Assembly (NCBI GenBank): GCA_008632985.1
Contig: QPGO01000189.1
Span: 1 to 64,000 of the forward strand
Origin: Psammoneis japonica
Lineage: Eukaryota
Length of the DNA: 64,000 nt
Direction: 5' to 3'
Shown here: positions 59,702 through 64,000 of the stretch, one piece after another
Position numbering within the stretch: position 1 is the stretch's first letter
Layout of the letters: each line of letters starts with the position of its first letter
Notes under the pieces: model-generated
Databases searched by the model: none
Seen by the model: only the letters and a program-made list of their open reading frames with translations
What the model was told of the DNA's origin: nothing
Translations under genes and position numbers: made by a program

Positions 59702-60838
59702 ATGGTTTCATCAAGGGTTTTCTGGTTCTTGTTGCCATCTACAGTTCTTGCTTTTAGTAGCAGTCGGCCTGCAGAATACAGTGAATCGGTTTACTTTGAT
59801 CAGGCCGAAGCTGGAGTGCGCTTAGATCAAGACGCGTATGAATCACCAGATTTCTGGAAAGAAATCGACAAATTAATCCCCGGTTGGCGTAGCAAACCAG
59901 AATACGAACGGTTTCGAGGCTTTTGTACCAATCTACAGAAAGAAAAACCCGGTGAAACGACGATTCTGCCCAACGGTCAGCAGCTCTTGTCGCAATACAT
60001 CTTTCCCGGTCTCGACGATTCTCCCGAAACACCCCGCGCCGCCTATCCCGCAGAGCATTACAAAGAATTACAAAAACTCCAGAGCAATCTCGAACAAAAA
60101 GTCGCACCGGTCGCTCGACGAGAATTGAAAAAGTTGCTGGAGAACCGTCCGCTCGTCAGTGACGATGCTGAGTTTGCGGGAGACGCCAACGATGGTGATA
60201 CGTGGCAACGAGCCGCGTGGTATGGGTGGCAATATCTCAGCATGCGGGGTGCCAAGCGTTTCATGCCCAAAACAACGAATGCTCTCAAGAGCGCCATGCG
60301 AGGTGTGGGACCGGCGCATCGGTTTGTGGGATTAGTACGGCAAAAGCAACAGTGTACTGGAGTTGTGCATTCGGATCATCGAAATTACATGCTGTCCACA
60401 CTGACACCTGTGTCGTGCCCAAAAGAAAATTGCGGAATTATAGTAAACGAGGAAGAAGCTCATTTTACAACAGGCGGTCCAGCTATTATTCTGGACAATA
60501 CCTTTCCACACTACGTGTACAACAATGCTGAAATGGATCGTTTTTGTCTCATGGCCGAGTGCTGGCATCCGGCCTTGACTGCCATGGAACGAGACGCTCT
60601 GGCTACGCTCTTTGCCGCCAAGGATCGCTTTACAGTGGTGGAGCTGCAATTAGCACCGTGGGGGTATGACGATGATGATTTGGCTCTAGCCTTGAAAACG
60701 GGAGCTGTGCATGATTTAGATTTCTGGAAAGAAATTGGATACAATGTTGAGGCTGCGCCACAAAAGGACTTTGTGTCTTCGAAAAAATCGAAAAAGAAGG
60801 CAGCCGGAAAGAAAAAGGCACAAGGATTTGGAAAGTAG
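59702..60838 (+). CDS. Aspartyl/asparaginyl beta-hydroxylase-like 2OG-Fe(II) dioxygenase with a predicted signal/plastid-type presequence
   Basis: HSD..N facial-triad-like motif, ILDNTFPHYVYN....DR..L..ECWHP.LT..ER, and N-terminus ...STVLA-FSSS. Confidence 0.75.
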   Translation: MVSSRVFWFLLPSTVLAFSSSRPAEYSESVYFDQAEAGVRLDQDAYESPDFWKEIDKLIPGWRSKPEYERFRGFCTNLQKEKPGETTILPNGQQLLSQYIFPGLDDSPETPRAAYPAEHYKELQKLQSNLEQKVAPVARRELKKLLENRPLVSDDAEFAGDANDGDTWQRAAWYGWQYLSMRGAKRFMPKTTNALKSAMRGVGPAHRFVGLVRQKQQCTGVVHSDHRNYMLSTLTPVSCPKENCGIIVNEEEAHFTTGGPAIILDNTFPHYVYNNAEMDRFCLMAECWHPALTAMERDALATLFAAKDRFTVVELQLAPWGYDDDDLALALKTGAVHDLDFWKEIGYNVEAAPQKDFVSSKKSKKKAAGKKKAQGFGK

Positions 60839-60966
60839 AAACGATGCGCGAATTCGTCTCGTACCAGTATGAACATAACTACATAAGTTTCAATTAGAAA
60901 ACAGACATAAGATTTTATTCTGTTGAAAGTACTTACTGAATTACACTAACAAACAATTACTTATCG

Positions 60967-61572
60967 TTAGGCCCGATGAAAAATGAGTTGCGGCGAATCC
61001 TCCAACCCAAAGTCCGTAAGCATAGCAGACAATTCCAAATAAGCCCGAGGCCCCAATTTCATTTCGGAATTCATGCTGTCGCGACGAGACCTTTCTTCCG
61101 CCAAAACAACCCACCCCTCATCAATCAACTGGTCCAAACAATCTTCGGTAGCCTTGATTTCAGGCATTTTGTACGGATCCGAAAGGTTGTTTCGGAGGTT
61201 GATAAGATCCATACGACTCGCCGTATCCTCGTTGGAGAGCTTTTCCAACACGGAGCGCACATACGCACACTCGTGCGGAGTAAAAATAGAAGAAAAGCTC
61301 TTTTTCGAGACATTGTCCGCATTCTGGTTAATGAGAGCATGGTATCGTTCACGCTGACCGCTGTTGCCCTGCGGTATGGAAACGGTGGCAATCTCCAAAC
61401 CACAACCCTTGATGAGTTGCTTGTTGATGATACGAAACATATCCTGAAGCGACGCGGCCGGTGAGCCGAGCTCTTCAAACAACTTTTGTGCGTCCGCGTC
61501 TTTCAAGACATGCACAGCGACGAGGCGTTGAAGAAAGAGTTTGTAAGGGCGGGGAAGAGCAGAACCCGTCAT
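60967..61572 (-). CDS. Nse1-like (SMC5/6 non-SMC element 1) winged-helix region
   Basis: FLQRL, INKQL...GLEI, YHALIN..AD..SK...FT..E..Y, E..LD.LI.EGW and LGPRAYLEL, as in Nse1 family proteins. Confidence 0.7.
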   Translation of the reverse strand: MTGSALPRPYKLFLQRLVAVHVLKDADAQKLFEELGSPAASLQDMFRIINKQLIKGCGLEIATVSIPQGNSGQRERYHALINQNADNVSKKSFSSIFTPHECAYVRSVLEKLSNEDTASRMDLINLRNNLSDPYKMPEIKATEDCLDQLIDEGWVVLAEERSRRDSMNSEMKLGPRAYLELSAMLTDFGLEDSPQLIFHRA

Positions 61573-62073
61573 GGTGGAGGAGCGATTGCTGTTTTTTTCT
61601 GAAAAATGCGGGTCTGGCCTCTGGCCGCGGGCCTGGCGATTTTTGGCGCGCTAAATTCGCGCTGGCTTTCGCGCGGGAATCCGGACTCCGGATACGCGGC
61701 CGCTCTCGACATCTGAGACAGACGCTGTGAGGTCGTCATCTATCTCTGCAAGATGATGGCAAACTTGAATTGGACATAAGTACATCAGAATTCCTCGTCC
61801 GCGGGATTGTGATTACGATAATTGTATGCTTTTGTCGTTTGCTTCGCATTGTTTCTGCATTCAAACGGGTGGACCCGTGGTGTCCTGTGACGCGCTGTTG
61901 AGAGCACTGCCTTTTTGTTGTTGCAGTAATTCATACAGTAGTTGCGATTATTCAATCGTTTCATTCTTGTACAGTCGTCAAAGTATAAAGATCGAATATA
62001 GAATAAACAAAAGAAATGAAAATTGTGTAGCGTATTGTTTTCTATTATATATTCTAGCGTGATGTATTATGAA

Positions 62074-62514
62074 TTATGAAGTTGGTGCTTTTTTGTGTCG
62101 TCTATCTCGTTTCTTCTTGCGAAACAGTTTTACTTTCCTTTCCTTTTTCTTCTTTGGTGATTTTTCTTTGTTGTCACATTTCTTTTCTTCAACTGGCTCT
62201 ACAGAAATTGCGTCAACTATGAGGTTGACCTTGGACGCTCCAATTAGCGCATAGCAGCTAGCATCCTGCAACAGCTGCGGTCGATCGTGGTTTTCGCTGG
62301 AGGATGATTCCACGTGTCTACCCCATGCTGGATAGCTACCAAAAGCTCGGCCTTCTCGGTAGTATGCACCAGGTTGGACTGGAGATCTTTCTTCGCGTTG
62401 TTGCGTCGTTGAGCTTTTCTCATGATCTATTTCTTCCGTCAACTTTTTCGTCAAGCCATTTTCCTCTGCTTTGTTATTCTGGGAGAATTCTTTCTCGTCG
62501 TTGTGTTCGTTCAT
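62074..62514 (-). CDS. Hypothetical protein
   Basis: Open frame from MNEHNDEK with a QPGAY motif and a basic C-terminus. Confidence 0.45.
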   Translation of the reverse strand: MNEHNDEKEFSQNNKAEENGLTKKLTEEIDHEKSSTTQQREERSPVQPGAYYREGRAFGSYPAWGRHVESSSSENHDRPQLLQDASCYALIGASKVNLIVDAISVEPVEEKKCDNKEKSPKKKKERKVKLFRKKKRDRRHKKAPTS

Positions 62515-62968
62515 TGTGGACCATAGATTATTTGTAAAGGTTGAAGAATGCTTGTTCTCAAAAGTAGTCGTTGTTGATAATGTGTGAGATGTGAGCACGC
62601 ACGAGGAATAACGAGAATTTGCGTACTAATCGTATCTAACCGGGATTGTGTGGGATCTACGCGGTACTGGTAGCATTCGACTCAGTCGTGTCTTTTTGTC
62701 CGCGAATCATCACCTACGTCCTTCTACAGAAAAGTTGATACTGAAAACTGTCGGAGTAGACGGTTGAGTCTTGATCAAATCGGACGAAGGCCAGATTCAA
62801 ACGCCACCAATCGCACGGCGGGATTGAGAAAAACATTCGCACACACAAATCCTGCACGACCTCAACCTGACCACTCGTGGTACAGAAGATGACCTCACAA
62901 TCTCCACAAGTGTTTTGCGAGACTGCCCACAGTACGCAAAGACACAATCTGCGTTTTCCAATACGATA

Positions 62969-64000
62969 ATGACGACGCTAAGGCAGCGAAAACAGCAACC
63001 GGCTCCACCACAGAAGCAGTCCTTGTTGCGGCAGGAATCCAAGACATCATCCACTGCCGAAACCGGATCGCTTGTGTCGTTAGTCATTATCGCAATCCTA
63101 CTTGTCGCATATTTGTCCCAACAGCATTTCATCAGCTGGGTGGAAATAGTATTCGAGCTACAAGATCGTTCATATACCAATAGGAGTAACAAAGAAATCG
63201 TGCGAACCTTTCCATTTAGAAGAATCAGGGGCAGCAACAGCAATGATCAACTCGAGGAGAGAAGCGACAAACGCATAATAGTAGAGGATCGACCAGAATT
63301 GACACTTGATGATTTCAAAGTCATCAAGTACTTAGGAAAGGGTGAAGTTAATGTGGGGGTGCTGGCATCAGTTGCAAACGAAACTTTGGCTCGACAGTTC
63401 AACCTTTGGGATGAAAACAAAGCCAAGTCTCACCCGGTCGTGATTAAATACGTCGATACTCGCACGCTTGGGCACACCGAAATCGAAGTCTTTGAGCAAC
63501 TACTGACAGTAGACAAGACCGAGGCTGCAAAAGCGGGCTAGTCCAAGCCGTGTGGACAGCTCGGGATGTTCCAAATCCGTTTCACTGTGGTGGTCACCCT
63601 TGCGAAGAGAACGATCGCATCCCGCCCGGCTCCTCCAGTTCATCTGGCTCTCATCACGAACGATTAGGGGAATTGCCTCTCGTTGATGTGATTGTTTTGC
63701 CCTACTATGAAGAGAACTACATTCTGGACACCTATAATGGAAACATTGAAAGCATAAAAGTCTTTCTGGCAAGTCTGATGGAGCAATTGGCACTGGCACA
63801 TTCAGTTGGAGTTTCTTGCCTCGACTTGCAAGTAAGTCGTAATGTGTTTTGCCATCCGGATACAAGCAAAGCCATTGTCTTTGATTGGAATGCACATGCA
63901 CCGCTGGGTGGATACACCCGTGATCCAACGCAGAGTTGGCACATTGCCGCACCCGAATCATGGTTACAAGATGCGTTTGGCATCGAGGCACGCGTCACAG
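62969..64000 (+). CDS. Type II membrane-anchored atypical protein kinase-like protein (runs off the window; frameshift near 63540)
   Basis: TM segment LVSLVIIAILLVAYL; DFKVIKYLGKGEV, VVIK and EIEVF. A downstream frame reads LMEQLALAHSVGVSCLDL...NV...IVFDWN...IAAPE. Confidence 0.65.

Overview
Eukaryotic nuclear DNA, most likely a diatom: GT-AG introns, a CoDi-like Ty1/copia end, bipartite-type N-terminal signals, PSxxPS mucin-like repeats and K/G/Y-rich secreted proteins. Two compartments alternate. Ordinary genic DNA holds an ADP-forming acetate-CoA ligase, a putative glycoside hydrolase, a SAM-methyltransferase-like protein, three tandem K-rich/PT-rich secreted paralogues, an ABCC transporter, a DUF2431/BMT5-like protein with a Z-alpha-like C-terminus, an Asp/Asn beta-hydroxylase-like protein, a RING-less Nse1 and a membrane-anchored atypical kinase. 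Large domains (about 1-850, 4230-7020, 12790-42860 and 47400-48580) are instead almost devoid of TpA, often also of CpG, and flooded with TpG/CpA. The most striking signal is in these domains. Duplicated or transposon-derived sequences carry systematic TpA->TpG or TpA->CpA substitutions (conserved Tyr->Cys/His), seen directly by aligning two CobW copies within the window. This is the reverse of fungal RIP and is separable from CpG decay. Many genes also have single-base frameshifts that look like assembly indel errors, so short-read validation is needed. All family calls come from motif recognition by eye; no searches or counts were run.
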